64,000 nucleotides of DNA from Octopus sinensis (lineage: Eukaryota): contig NC_043003.1 of assembly GCF_006345805.1 (NCBI RefSeq), forward strand, positions 22,258,001-22,322,000, written 5' to 3'. Positions 50,732 through 62,785 of the stretch are shown in pieces. The notes below the pieces were generated by a model, which searched no databases, was not told the origin of the DNA, and worked only from the letters and a program-made list of their open reading frames with translations. Position numbers and translations under genes: made by a program. The stretch's first letter is position 1. Each line of letters begins with the position of its first letter.

Positions 50732-53278
50732 GTATGTATAAGTACAAATTACATAGTCTTTTATTTTGTCACTGGATTTATTGTTGTTGTTGTTGTTGAG
50801 CTTACGGAATCATTTTTTATGCAGGGCAAAATGCTTGGCAGCATTTCATGTCTTCTTGTTCTGAGTTTGAATTCTGCCAAGATTAACTTTGCTGTGATTA
50901 AGGCCGCGAGCTGGCAGAAATGTTAGCACGCTGGGCGAAATGCTTAGTGGTATTTCGTCCGCAGCTATGTTCTGAGTTCAAATTCCGCTGAGGTCAACTT
51001 TGCCTTTCATCCTTTTGGGGTCGATTAAATAAGTACCAGTTATGCACTGGGGTCGATGTAATTGACTTAATCCATTTGCCTGTCCTTGTTTGTCCCCTCT
51101 GTGTGTAGCCCCTTGTGGGCAGTAAAGAAATAAAATTAACTTTGCTGTTCATCCTTTCTTGGTGGATAAAATAAGTATCAGTTGAGCACTGGGGTCGATG
51201 TAATTGACATACCCCATCACCACCTCTGAACATGCAGGCATTGTGCCAAAATTTGAAACCATTATTATTATTATTCAGTGAGCTGGCAGAATCATTAGCA
51301 CTCTGGACGAAATGCTTGGTGGTATTTCACCTGTCTCTACATTCTGAGTTCAAATTCTGCTGATGTCAACTTTGCCTGCCATCATTTTGGGGTCAATAGA
51401 TTAAGTACCAATGACACACTGGGAGTTGAAGTAATCGACTAGTCCCCTTCCTACAATTTCAGGCCTTGTGGCTATAGTAGAAAGGATTATTATTATTATT
51501 CACTGAGTTAAGGTGACGAACTGACAGAATTGTTATCATTCTGAGCAAAATGCTTAGTGACAGTCCATCTACCTTCATGTTCTGAGTTCAAATTCCGCCA
51601 GAATTAATTTAGCCTTTCATTCTTTCGGGGTTGATAAAATAAGTACCAGTTGAGTACTTGGGTTGATGTAATTGACTTAACTCCGCTGCTTCGAACTTCC
51701 TGGCCCTGTACTCAATTTTGAAACCATTATTATATTTCAGTTATTATTTTTTGTTTACATTTGCCAAGTTAGAGGAAGAAAGCCAATGCTGGTGACTATT
51801 TTTCTAGTCTATGACTGTCAGGAGGAAGCCAGGAAGTTATGCTGTGGTTTGAGAGCTGGTCTGGATGTTTGCAACAGAACAGACTCTGCTAAAGGGAAAC
51901 CCCAAAGGCCACCAAGAGGTGGTGGTAAACTGAACAATAGCCTTAGAACCACTCTTCACCCTGTTAGCATTCTTACTTCTTGAAGTGATCCACTGATAAC
52001 TGGTTTCTTCAGGAATTGATTTAGAGCAGTTGTTCTAAACTGAGGTCCATGTGGCCTCTGTGTCTCCATATATGATTTTTGGGGGTCCATGCAACAAAGT
52101 AGTAAATTGGGGGTTCACAATAGTATTTGAAGGGCTCTTGAAAACATTTCGCTTTAGATGTATGTATTGTAAGAAACAATTATGGTTCTTTAATGTTTTG
52201 TATAGTTCAACCTACGCAAGTTAATATGTGAAAAACAAAATAGGAATTTTGAAAGTAGTGCCTATAAAACTGTGGAGACACATGGCCTAGTGGTTGGAGC
52301 AGCGGTTAAGGGATCGCGGGTTCGAATCTCAGACCGGATGATGTGTGTGTTTATGAGCGAAACACCTAAGCTCCATGCAGCTCCGGCAGAAGGTAATGGC
52401 GAACTTTTCTGCTGACTCTTTCACCACAACTTTCTCTCACTCTTTCCTCCTGCATCTTGCAGCTCACCTGCGATGGACTGGCATCCTGTCCAGGTGGGGA
52501 ATCTAAACGCCATTGAAACCGGGAAACTGGCCCTTATGAGCCAGGCATGGCTCGAGAAGGAACAAACAACAACAGCAATAGTCTATAAAACTAGCTTTTA
52601 AACATCAAATGGCTGTGGGAGGTCTACCAGAATGAAGTAGTAATTAAAGAGACCTATAGATAAAAAATAGTTGAGAAACTCTGATTTAGTGGGTTATGTG
52701 AAAGATTGTGTGTGTGTGTGTGTGTTTGGTGTGTTTGAAATAGTAATGTACCAAGCAAAATGGCTAGCATCATTTTAATTTCAACCTTCTAAATGTGACC
52801 TTTCATCCTGCCAGAATCCATAAATTATGTATCATTTTGATTTGCTAAAATCTAGTTTAGCTGACTACACCCCATCTTTTTTCCTAAAAAAAAATGTTGT
52901 GGCTATGTATTAGTGAAAGTCTAATCACCACCACAGCTGCCACTATCATCATCAACATCATGATCACCACTATCATTATCACCACCATTATTACCACTAC
53001 CACCAGCATTGCCACTACCATCATCTTAACCATCACCACCACTACCATAACTGCCACTGCTACTATTATCAAATTTCCATGTAGATAATATTAGTGGATG
53101 AAACTTCCTCAGTTCTGAAGAACTTTGAAGGACTCTTGCTGACAACTGGATAATTGTGTTTACAACAAACTCTGCTGTATGGCTTTCAGTTAACCATTTT
53201 TTAAATTCCTCTCGGTTCCTTGAACAAGTGTATTGGTAACACCATTGCTATTGTTGCTTAGGTCCCAGTCAACTCTGA

Positions 53279-53445
53279 TCCAGCTGAGCCATGGTTAAAA
53301 GCATTCCAGCCATGACAGTCCAGCTGAGCTATGGTCAAAAGCATTCCAGCCATGGCAGTCCAACCGAGCTATGGTCAAAAGCATTCCAACTATGACTGTC
53401 CAACTGAGCTATGATCAAAAGCATTCCTGATATGACCATCCAGCT
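53279..53445. repeat. 40-bp tandem repeat x4
   Basis: TCCAGCTGAGCYATGGTYAAAAGCATTCCAGCCATGRCAG-type units at 53279, 53319, 53359 and 53399. Confidence 0.9.
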
Positions 53446-53654
53446 AAAATTTTTCAAGCTGGTGCCCCAGCATGGCTATTCTCATGACTGAAGCAGGTAA
53501 AAGATAAAATAACAGTTTGTGTGATTTCCCACACCCCTGCCTGAACTCTTTATGTAATTCATCCATCGACTGTTTTCGTATCTATTGGTTTTGTGTGAAA
53601 TACGAAATTGCAGAAGTATGATGGGATGACGGGATTTGTAAAGTAATGAACAAA

Positions 53655-53945
53655 CATTTTATGGCAGCTAGTTATGTCCCTTTATAATTTGAGTTCAAAT
53701 CTTATTTGAGTCAACTATATTACTCGTCCATCTCTAGGATTGATAAAAATAATTACTGATCAAGCATAAAGTTTGGGTAACTCAATTACAAAGCCTCAAC
53801 AATCATTTTATGGCAGCTAGTTATGTCCCTTTTTAATTTTGGTTCAAACCTTGTTTGGGTCAACTATATCACTCATATATCTCTGGGATTGATAAAAACA
53901 AGTACTGATCAAGAATAAAGCTTGGTTAACTTAATTACAAGGCTT
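53655..53945. repeat. 149-bp tandem duplication of a decayed SINE-like segment
   Basis: CATTTTATGGCAGCTAGTTATGTCCCTTT at both 53655 and 53804, with continued similarity. Confidence 0.85.
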
Positions 53946-54461
53946 TCCTCGACCACTATGAAAGAGAAAAAAAATCTGTGACTTTGTGCCATTGGAAAAG
54001 CCTATTGGTATTGATGTTATAATAATATGTTAATGCTGGACAAAATGCTTAGCAGCATTTCGTCTGACCTTTTGTGAGTTCAAATGCCACCAAAGTCTAC
54101 TTTGACTTTCATCCTTTGGTGGGTTCAAGTACTAGTTGAGCACTGGGGTCAATGTAATCGACTAGTCTCCTCCCCACAGTTTTTCAGGCTTTGTACCTAC
54201 ACTAGAAAGGATTATTATTAAGACACTGAACTGGTAGAATCGTAGTGCCTTAGACAAAACGCTTAGTGGCATTTCACCTGTCCTTACATTCTGAGCTCAA
54301 ATTCCCCTGAAGTCAACTTAGCCTTTTATCCTTTGCGGGTTGATAAAATAAATACCAGTTGAGCACTGGAGTTGACGTAATCAACTTAGCCATCCATTGA
54401 AATTGCTGACCTTGTGCCAAAATTTGAAAACATTGTTATTTTTATTATTATTATTATTATT

Positions 54462-54785
54462 CAGCAGTTTTATTTTTATAGCATGCTTTCACTTCACTTC
54501 CGAGCGCAGCTCTGTGTGTCTTGGGTATGTGCTGTGATTTGTTGTGATGTTCTGATGGTTACTGTATTGAAAGTGTTTTGTGTAGGATGTGTGCAGTACC
54601 CAGTAGTGCAATTTTCTGTGTTATATGTGTTTGTAAGTCCTGGTGTTTTTGTTATGTATTTGTCTGAATATTTTTTTTATCATACCTAATGCGCCTACTA
54701 TGATAGGAATTGTTTCTGTTTTTAGATTCCACATTCGAGTTACCTCTATTTCCAGGTTTTTGTATTTTGAAAGTTTCGCCACTTC

Positions 54786-54786
<1 letters not shown>
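54462..54786 (-). mobile_element. 5'-truncated R4/Dong-like LINE (RLE domain) within an (AAT)n microsatellite
   Basis: Minus-strand KLSKYKNLEIEVTRMWNLKTETIPIIVGALG is the RLE C-terminal signature. (AAT)n tracts flank both sides (54442-54461 and 54787-54819). Confidence 0.75.
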
Positions 54787-54819
<33 letters not shown>

Positions 54820-54866
54820 GTATTAGTATTATCATCCTCCTCCTCATCATTTGTTTTCCATTGCAG

Positions 54867-57800
54867 CTGGGCCACCGCTAACCCAAAAGTATCAAGTGCA
54901 AGTCCGAGCTGTAAAAAGTCAGAGCAGTGAAAGTGGAGATGAGCACTGCACATGTTGTCCGTATGGATACCACATTGATTTGGATTTTCTCAAGTACTGC
55001 GAAAACATGTCAAATGGCAACACACTTAAACAGCTCAAGAAAATCAAACGCAACAAAAAGAAGTTGCGTAAATCAATGGAATTCATATTGGATCAGGAAA
55101 GTGGGACGGCGACTGAAAACTATGGTGAACTTCCACCCGACATTGTCCACTCAGCTGACGCTAGCCGCATTTTAAATATTGTTGAGTATGAATCATCAGC
55201 GACACGCAACATTCTTGAGGAAATTGATTCGTCAGTGAATGCCAAGATTAAAATGGCTGGGAGACAGTCTTACGTGATGCAATCTGCCTATGACAACAAT
55301 GATACCAGTGAAACAATGCATGCTAAATTTGGTACCTTTTCTTACAAGAATGCTGTTCAGGAAGACGCTTCTGTTCCCAGTACGTTGGGCCGAACTGACT
55401 CTGTGAGTTCCATCTCATCCCTGTCTACAGTTTCTAGTGAACAAAATTACCCCACAACTAACACAATGTACGAACATTCCTCACAGCACACAAAAAGTAC
55501 TTACCGAACAACCACAGTAACGTCATCAGAATTGGCAGCAACCATAGCAACACATTTTCCACAACAGAATGGTTCTAGCCCAGCCCATAATTCTGTAACC
55601 TTTGACAGCCAAAATTCGACAATGATTAGCAAAGCATCTTTGGAGGCAATCCGCGAAGCAATGGCTGTTAGCCTCCAACGAATGAGAGAACTGGAAGAAC
55701 AAGTGAAAACAATTCCAGTCCTGCAAGTTCGGATTTCTGTCCTCAAAGAAGAAAAACGGCTCCTGATGCTGCAACTGAAAGCTCAGACCCACAAACTCAA
55801 TCAAAGAAGCGTTGGTGTTAGCAACAGAACAACTACTTCAGAAAAAACTGTAACAACTTCAGAAAGATCTTGTAGGACTCTAGAAGAAATAACCAGCCGT
55901 ATTCATGTAGAGCCTCCAAAACAGATTGAACAAATACAACATAAGGCATACCCTCAACCTCAATTTCACACGGTTCAGACTGTTGCTGTCATGAAGACTC
56001 CCGCTACTCGTTCCATAGGAATTGGAGACCATTCAGTTGAGGATCCTTATGACATCCAACCTGACTTGAGTTCAGCATATTTCTCAAAATATCCAGATAC
56101 TCATACTGAGACTTGGGAAAAAGAAACCATCATTTTGCAACCAATTCAGTCAGAAGTTTCCCATGTTTCTCATGTTTCTCAACTTGCCCAACATGTTTCT
56201 TCTACATCAGCTGAACATCTTGTTTCCTCGAGCCCAGCTGCTGTCAGAAGCCCCAAGCCGGTTACTCGAACTGTAGGTGTCGGTGATGGAAATGTCTATG
56301 ACCAATCTGATTCTGGTCTCCACATTCACGAGAAAGAACTTCGCACACTTATTATTGGTCAGCCATCAACTTCCCTGTCTAAACGTAATGTTGGTGTTGA
56401 GTGCAAGGTATCAACAAGAGATGTTGGTATTTCTTATATCTGTGATGACTTGAAGCCTTCTATGCGTTCAGTAGGTGTCGGTACTGACGATGGTAGCCTT
56501 TCATCCACCTTGAATATTCGTTTCAAGAGTGAAGAAATCACAACAGCTATACGTCAAGTTTTGAGTAAAAATGTCCGCAGCGTAGGAGTTAGTTGTCACT
56601 TGCATGCATCAGGTAAAGAGGTAGGAACACAATACAGATGGGAGGTGAGTACTCGTAGCATGGGTTGTGGTAATTACAGAGTAGATGATGTTCCTCCTGA
56701 GCCACAGAAACAAGTTCGCACATTTTCTGTTGCTTGTGAAGCCAAACCCACTGTGACACACCGTTACTGTCTGACTGAAAAAGGATTGACTATGGAGCAA
56801 GGTACACTCACTGATTCTCTAAATGTGGAAAGCCGATTCACTAACACACCCAGAGCGCTGTGTGTTAATTCCTCGACAATAACAGATAATCCAAAGCTCA
56901 AGGTGGATGGCTGTCAAACAGATGTCAAAATATTCATGGCTCTTGAACAGATTTGCAATCGCAGCTGTAACACAGATATTCCAAATCTACAGACAGTTGG
57001 TGTCAATACACAACGGCCTACTCTCACGACATCCAACTATGAACTCGATATCTTCTCAATTGAAAATATAAAAGAAAAAATCGAACATTATCAAACGTAC
57101 ACAGAGAAAACTATTTCTGGCTCTGGTGAAAGTTCTTTTTCACAATCGAGCACGACCTCCAGGTCAGGAGACCTCTTACAGTATGGTGATGGTACTACCA
57201 TTCATAACAGACGACAGGGTGAGTTTCAAGGTCAGTCTTTACAATCGTCATCATCTGTAACATCAGCACCATCAATGGAATACAATACAATTAAATCCTC
57301 TGTCACATACGACTCTTCAGGAGGACAGTCTTCAGGAGGACAGTCTTCAGGAGGACAGTCTTCAGGAGGACAGTCTTCAGGAGGACAGTCTTCAGATGAC
57401 CAGTCTTCTGGTAGACATGGTGGTACTCAAGGTGTGACTGTGAAGCAACGGTCGGTGAAGGCTCCAGACATGATGTCCTCCTCATCAAGTGTAAAAACAA
57501 CTACATATTTTCAGTCAGATGCTCTTGATTCTGACTCTAAAACTTCCAAATCTTCCACTTTAGATGCTGAGAGAAGTGCATTTCTGAGAGATATGGCTGA
57601 AAGTGCAAAAATGTCAATGATGGGTCTAACAGACTCTAAAACTGAAGGTCAGACAGTTATTTCAGGCGTCAGACATAAGCAAGCTGATGGTGCCAATGTA
57701 ACTGTCAGCTCAAGAGTTGGTGGGAATCAACAAGTTAGTTTGGGTCCCATTGTAGACCAACAATATGGCATGAGTTCCACTGGAGATCAACGATATAGTT

Positions 57801-60144
57801 CAAGTGTCACAGGAGACCAATGGGTTAGCTCAAGTGTTTCTGGAGATCGAGTTAGCTCAAGTACAACTGGAGATCACCAGTTTATCTTGAGTTCTACAGG
57901 AGACCAACAAATTAGCTCAGGCTCTGTTGGAAACCAGCAAACCAGTTCAAGAATCACTGGAGATCACTCGGTCAGCTCAAGCTCCGCTGGTAATGAATCA
58001 GTTAGTTCAAGTGTCATTGGAGGTCAATTGGTGTATTCAACTGGAGGCCAGTCTGTCAGTTCAAGAGACTCTGGAGAACATTTAGTTAGTTCAAGTGCTA
58101 TTGGAGATTCTTCATTCAACTCAAATGTCAGTGAAATTCAGGTTGTTAGCTCAAATTTAATCAAAGATCAAGCAGTTAGCAGCAGTTTTAAACCTTCAGC
58201 TGAAAATGTAGTTGTCTTACATGGAACTGAGCAAAGAGGGTATATGGGCAGTGGTGCTAATGAAAGGACAGTGACCAGATCATCTGGAAGTAGTGTCTCT
58301 GATTCGGAGGTCTGCTTTCCTCAAGAGTATACTATCTCTGCTCAGACCGTAAACATACAGCATGTCGACTCTTCAAGATCTAAAGATGGTAAAGGATCAC
58401 GAGAACAGGAGGTTAGGACTATTAGTGACCGTGGTAATGTAGACACAATTGAAGGTGGTGTATTGAGTGGAGGGACTCACATGGTGTCTGGATCAATGTA
58501 CGGTAGGTCCTCTGGATCATCCTCTGAAACGATGCTCAAAACATTAGTGCCTTCTGAACAGGATCAAACTAGAAAGCAAACTAAACAACTTCACACTGCC
58601 ACACATTCGTCAGATGTTTATGGATTAGGGTCAGATTATCGAACAGGCATCGCTTCATCAGGATATATTACTGGAAAAGTTCCACGTGATGAATTTTCTC
58701 ACCAATCGCTGGTGACAAGCATCAGATATGTTTCTGAGCCTGTTTCTGAAGTCTCTTCGACTGAGGTACTCTACAGAACTCCACAATCACCGCAAAGTTC
58801 TGGCAGTGTTCATGGTAAGACTATCACATATTCTAGTTCTTCAGAAAAACCATCCATGGTTACAACAGTCCACAGTGAGGGGTCTAGTTCAACAGATCAA
58901 AATCTTTCGATTGAACCCATGCTCACCAGAACTAAAATGATATCAAAATCTTCAGAATCTCCTCAGAGTACTGCCAGAGTATACAGTGAGAAAACAACAC
59001 ATAGTAGTTCTTCAGGGACTCATAGACTGGCATCTGAACCTGTAGTTACTGTTACTGAGACTATCTATAAGTCTCCGGAATCTTCTCAGAGTACCAGCAG
59101 AGTATATAGCAAGAATACAACACATAGTTCTTCGGGGGCACCAGTTGTAACTGAAGTGGTCCGAAGTGGTGAAGGTTACTCTACAAATCAAAGGCTGGCA
59201 TCTGAACCTGTTGTTTCTATTACTGAAACAATCTATAAGTCTCCAGATTCTTCTCAGAGTACCAGCAGAGTGTATAGTAAGAAAATGGTGTACAGCAGTT
59301 CTTCAGGAGGGCCGGTTGTAACTGAAGTATTACATAGTGGTGAGGGTGATTCAGCTGATCAAAGGCATTTCTTCGAACCTATGCTCTCTGCATCTACAGC
59401 AATGTCTAAAGATTCTGCTTCTTGTAATAACAGCAATGTTTATTCAAAAAAGACTGTGTATACTCATTCTTCAGGTACACCTATTGGACAAAGAGAATTC
59501 AGAGATGACAGAAACATAGAGTCTCATCAAATATCTGGGTTAAGTACTTCTCTTTCAGAGAGTAGCCATAATATTGAAGTATCAAATACAGACAGTGATT
59601 CAGTGGCTGCATCACTTTCCCTGTCATCATCATCATCTCAAAAACTGGAAGACCTCAGTTCATCTGCAGACTTCCCTGACAGTGTGTCGTCTTCTCGTAT
59701 TTGTGCAGATAGTGTTCCATCTTCTGTTGACAGTGCTGACACCAGGTCATCTTCTGGTGACTGTCCGCAAAGTGTTATGTCGTCTTCAGACTCCCTTAAG
59801 GCAGATCTCGACCGATTGGGTATGGAGATGTTCACAAACAGGCAGAGCAACATGTTGGGTTTAGATGCTAACAAAATGCACACAGAATATTCTCAGAGCA
59901 GTGGTTGGAATCCTGAAAATACAACATATTCTTTCCGAATGACTGAGACTGTAACTACTTCATCCTCAGTTGGAAGTGAACCAGACTTGAGTCGAGAAGG
60001 AGGAACGAGTTTTGAAAATAGGCATGCTCTTTCCTACGGTAACCTCAGTGAACCTAATATCCAGCTGAAATCATGTATAAAGAGAAGCAGTTCAGAACCT
60101 GGCGCCAAGAAAGAGATTTCTTTTGCTGAAAGTGTACAGGGCGG
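54867..60144 (+). CDS. KANK: KANK-family protein, giant internal coding exon (5,278 bp, phase 1 in, phase 2 out)
   Basis: Stop-free frame within the 1765-aa ORF. KN motif CCPYGYHIDLDFLKYCE at 54953-55003. Coiled coil LEAIREAMAVSLQRMRELEEQVKTIPVLQVRISVLKEEKRLLMLQLK at 55640-55780 closely matches vertebrate KANK1 CC1 as I recall it. Repeated RSVGVG-type motifs, and pre-ankyrin LKSCIKR...KKEISF...GG at 60065-60144. Acceptor ttgttttccattgcag ends at 54866; donor GG|gtaagt starts at 60145. Confidence 0.93.
57314..57418 (+). repeat. Coding 15-bp tandem repeat (SSGGQ)x5 plus 2 degenerate units inside the KANK exon
   Basis: TCTTCAGGAGGACAG exact x5 at 57314-57388. Confidence 0.95.
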
Positions 60145-61283
60145 GTAAGTAGTGTTCTTGCCAACTAAAATTTAATTTCTATGGTGTCGGGATGATTGAT
60201 CTAATGGATTGTGTGTTTTGTCTATATAGATTCCTAAAGGTTTTCAGCTGTAGGCTTCCTCCTCCTCATCACTATTCTTCCTCCACATCATCATCATCAT
60301 TCAACGTCTGCTTTTCATGCTAGCATGGGTTGGATGGTTTGACTGAGAACTGGCGAACCAGATGGCTGCACCAGGCTCCAATCTTGATCTGGCAGAGTTT
60401 CTATAGCTGGATACCTTCCTAACGCCAACCACTCCGAGAGTATAGTGGGTGCTTTTACGTGTCACCGGCACGGGGGCCAGTCAGGTGGTACTGGCAACGG
60501 CCATGCCCAAATGGTGTTTTTTTTACGTGCCACCTGCACACTGGCATAAGTGCCAGTGAGGACCTAATCACTATTTTTTCTTATCATCCCTAACCAACAT
60601 CATTTACATTCATTATGTCCAGGCTTCTTTTTCTGTTTCACTTTGTTTTAACTATAGTATTGCAGTGTTCCTAAAAAAAAAGCAAAAAAATTGCCCATTC
60701 ATCTGCACATCCATGTGCAGAATGCATGGTTGATTTTGTATGAGAGAGACCTAGTAGCATTGGTTGAATGAGTGCCACCTGAGGCAGCCCTAGAGTTTTC
60801 CCCCCACCTATCCTATACAAAGGTCATACACCAAGCTCAAAAGTGCCACTACACCCATAAAAGTGTCACCTGGGGCAGATTTCCCCCATCATCACCTGCC
60901 AGGTATGCTACTGCACAGACACCTAAGATAACAAAGCAGGAATCTATTCTGGACTGAATTCTTTGAACAGGTGTTTCACTGTTAATGAATCTCTCTCCAT
61001 TTGAGCATTTTTTTTTTGCTTCTACATAGTAGGATTTGAACCCTGCACTGTTCAAACTAATGAGGCATTTGAAAAGTTCTGATGTTCCCACTGCAGTAAA
61101 CTCTTTCTTCTCCATGTCTCCTTTTACTCTCAGGAAAATAGGGGGAAAAAAAACCCAAACTGCCTGGTGTTCTTTGAACTGGTAGCACTAGACACTATGC
61201 GAAGTGTGTGTGTGTATGCATATTAGGGTTACCCCCATCACCAGAAAAGTGATTTTAAAAAAGATTCTATAACTTAGTAATTA

Positions 61284-61385
61284 TATCCATCCATCTCTAC
61301 CTATCCATCCATCTCTACCTATCCATCCATCTCTACCTATCCATCCATCTCTACCTATCCATCCATATCTACCTATTCATATCTA
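61284..61385. repeat. 18-bp tandem repeat (TATCCATCCATCTCTACC)n, about 5 copies
   Basis: Direct reading of the repeated unit. Confidence 0.9.
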
Positions 61386-62785
61386 TCTTTCTATATCTAT
61401 CTAGTAAATTTGTTCTATATTGTGTTCAGCTTTACTAATATTATTATTGTTACTGCTACTCTTAATATTATCAATATTGAAATTATGAGTATTACAACAA
61501 AGTACTGAAGGTGTTTTGGTTAATGTTAGGCATTTCATGTATCTGCATTTAAATCCAGTTATAATTTTCTTCAGTTCAAGTTTGGAGATTATATTATAGG
61601 TTACAAAAAAAAGTTAAAAATCATATTATTATTATAATGTTTTGATTTATATTAGCCCTTGTGGCCAATAAAAGAATGAATTATTATTTTTATTATCATC
61701 ATTATTATTATCATCATCATTATTATTATTATTGTTTGATAAATGTATGCATATATGTCTTGCTTTTCTAAAAGTTTCAATTTCTGTATATATGTATTTG
61801 TGTGTGTATGTATGTATGTGTATATATATATACACACGCACACATACATACACGATAAACCTTTTATTTCTTATTTTGTTCTTGGTTCAGTTCATTCCGT
61901 TCCTCTTTTTCTCCCTTTTGTTAACTAAATGTCATTCACTTGTTCTGCCTGTTTGCTTACTTAACCTGCATGCTGCACCTGCTTGCTGGCTAATGCGAGT
62001 TCATAATTAGACAGACACACATGCACACACATTACTGCACCCTGCTGTATCTTACTGTCTCTTTTTTCTCTGTCACTCTCTCTCTCTCTTTCTCTCTCTG
62101 TGTCTTTGTTTCTCTATCAATACTTGCTTCAGCTGCTGCATTATGTAATGTGAAGAATTGGGAAAATACTGGATGACTGTCTTTCAAGAACCAACTCTAG
62201 CTAATGGGGTTTTTCTCTGCTGGTTTTGGTACTTTCTTACATTTTGGAGTGTGCTCATACAAACATGCAGATTTGCATATGTGTATATATATATACACAC
62301 ACATTTATATGAATATATATATAAAAATCTGTGTGTATGTGTGTATCTATGTATGTATAAAATTCTGTTGCTGGGTGTATTTGTGTGTGTGTGTGTGTGT
62401 ATGCATGCACACATGAATATATACATAAAAATCTGTGTGTGTATCTATGTATGTATAAAATTCTGTCACTGGGTGTATTTATTTGTGTGTGTGTGTGTGT
62501 ATATAAAGAGAGAGAGTGTGCTTAATATGTATTTTTGAATGTATGTGTGTTGTATATATTTGTATTATATACATATTCAAATGTATTTGTATATGAATAT
62601 TTTTACTGCATGTGTGCATATCTATACATATATGTATGTGTGTGCATATATATACATATATATAAACCAAAGCCTTGGCTTTATTATCTCATTCTGTCTA
62701 CTATATATATATATATATATATTAGACAGAATGAGATAACAAAGCCAAGGCTATGAGGAGTTTTCAGGACATTTATAATGAAATA

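Noticed and set aside
52272-52340. tRNA genes at SINE heads (also 30164, 23591, 42310)
   Set aside because: A and B boxes are present but there is no complete cloverleaf, and each continues into a SINE body.
54851-54866. TTG start of the 1765-aa ORF as the true KANK start
   Set aside because: These bases are the polypyrimidine tract and acceptor; a phase-compatible upstream ATG exon exists.
57303-57500. Antisense ORF with KTVLL repeats
   Set aside because: It is the reverse complement of the SSGGQ coding repeat.
60753-60912. Possible small hAT-like MITE (AGTAGCAT...ATGCTACT)
   Set aside because: Only 8-bp terminal complementarity, no TSD and a single copy in the window.
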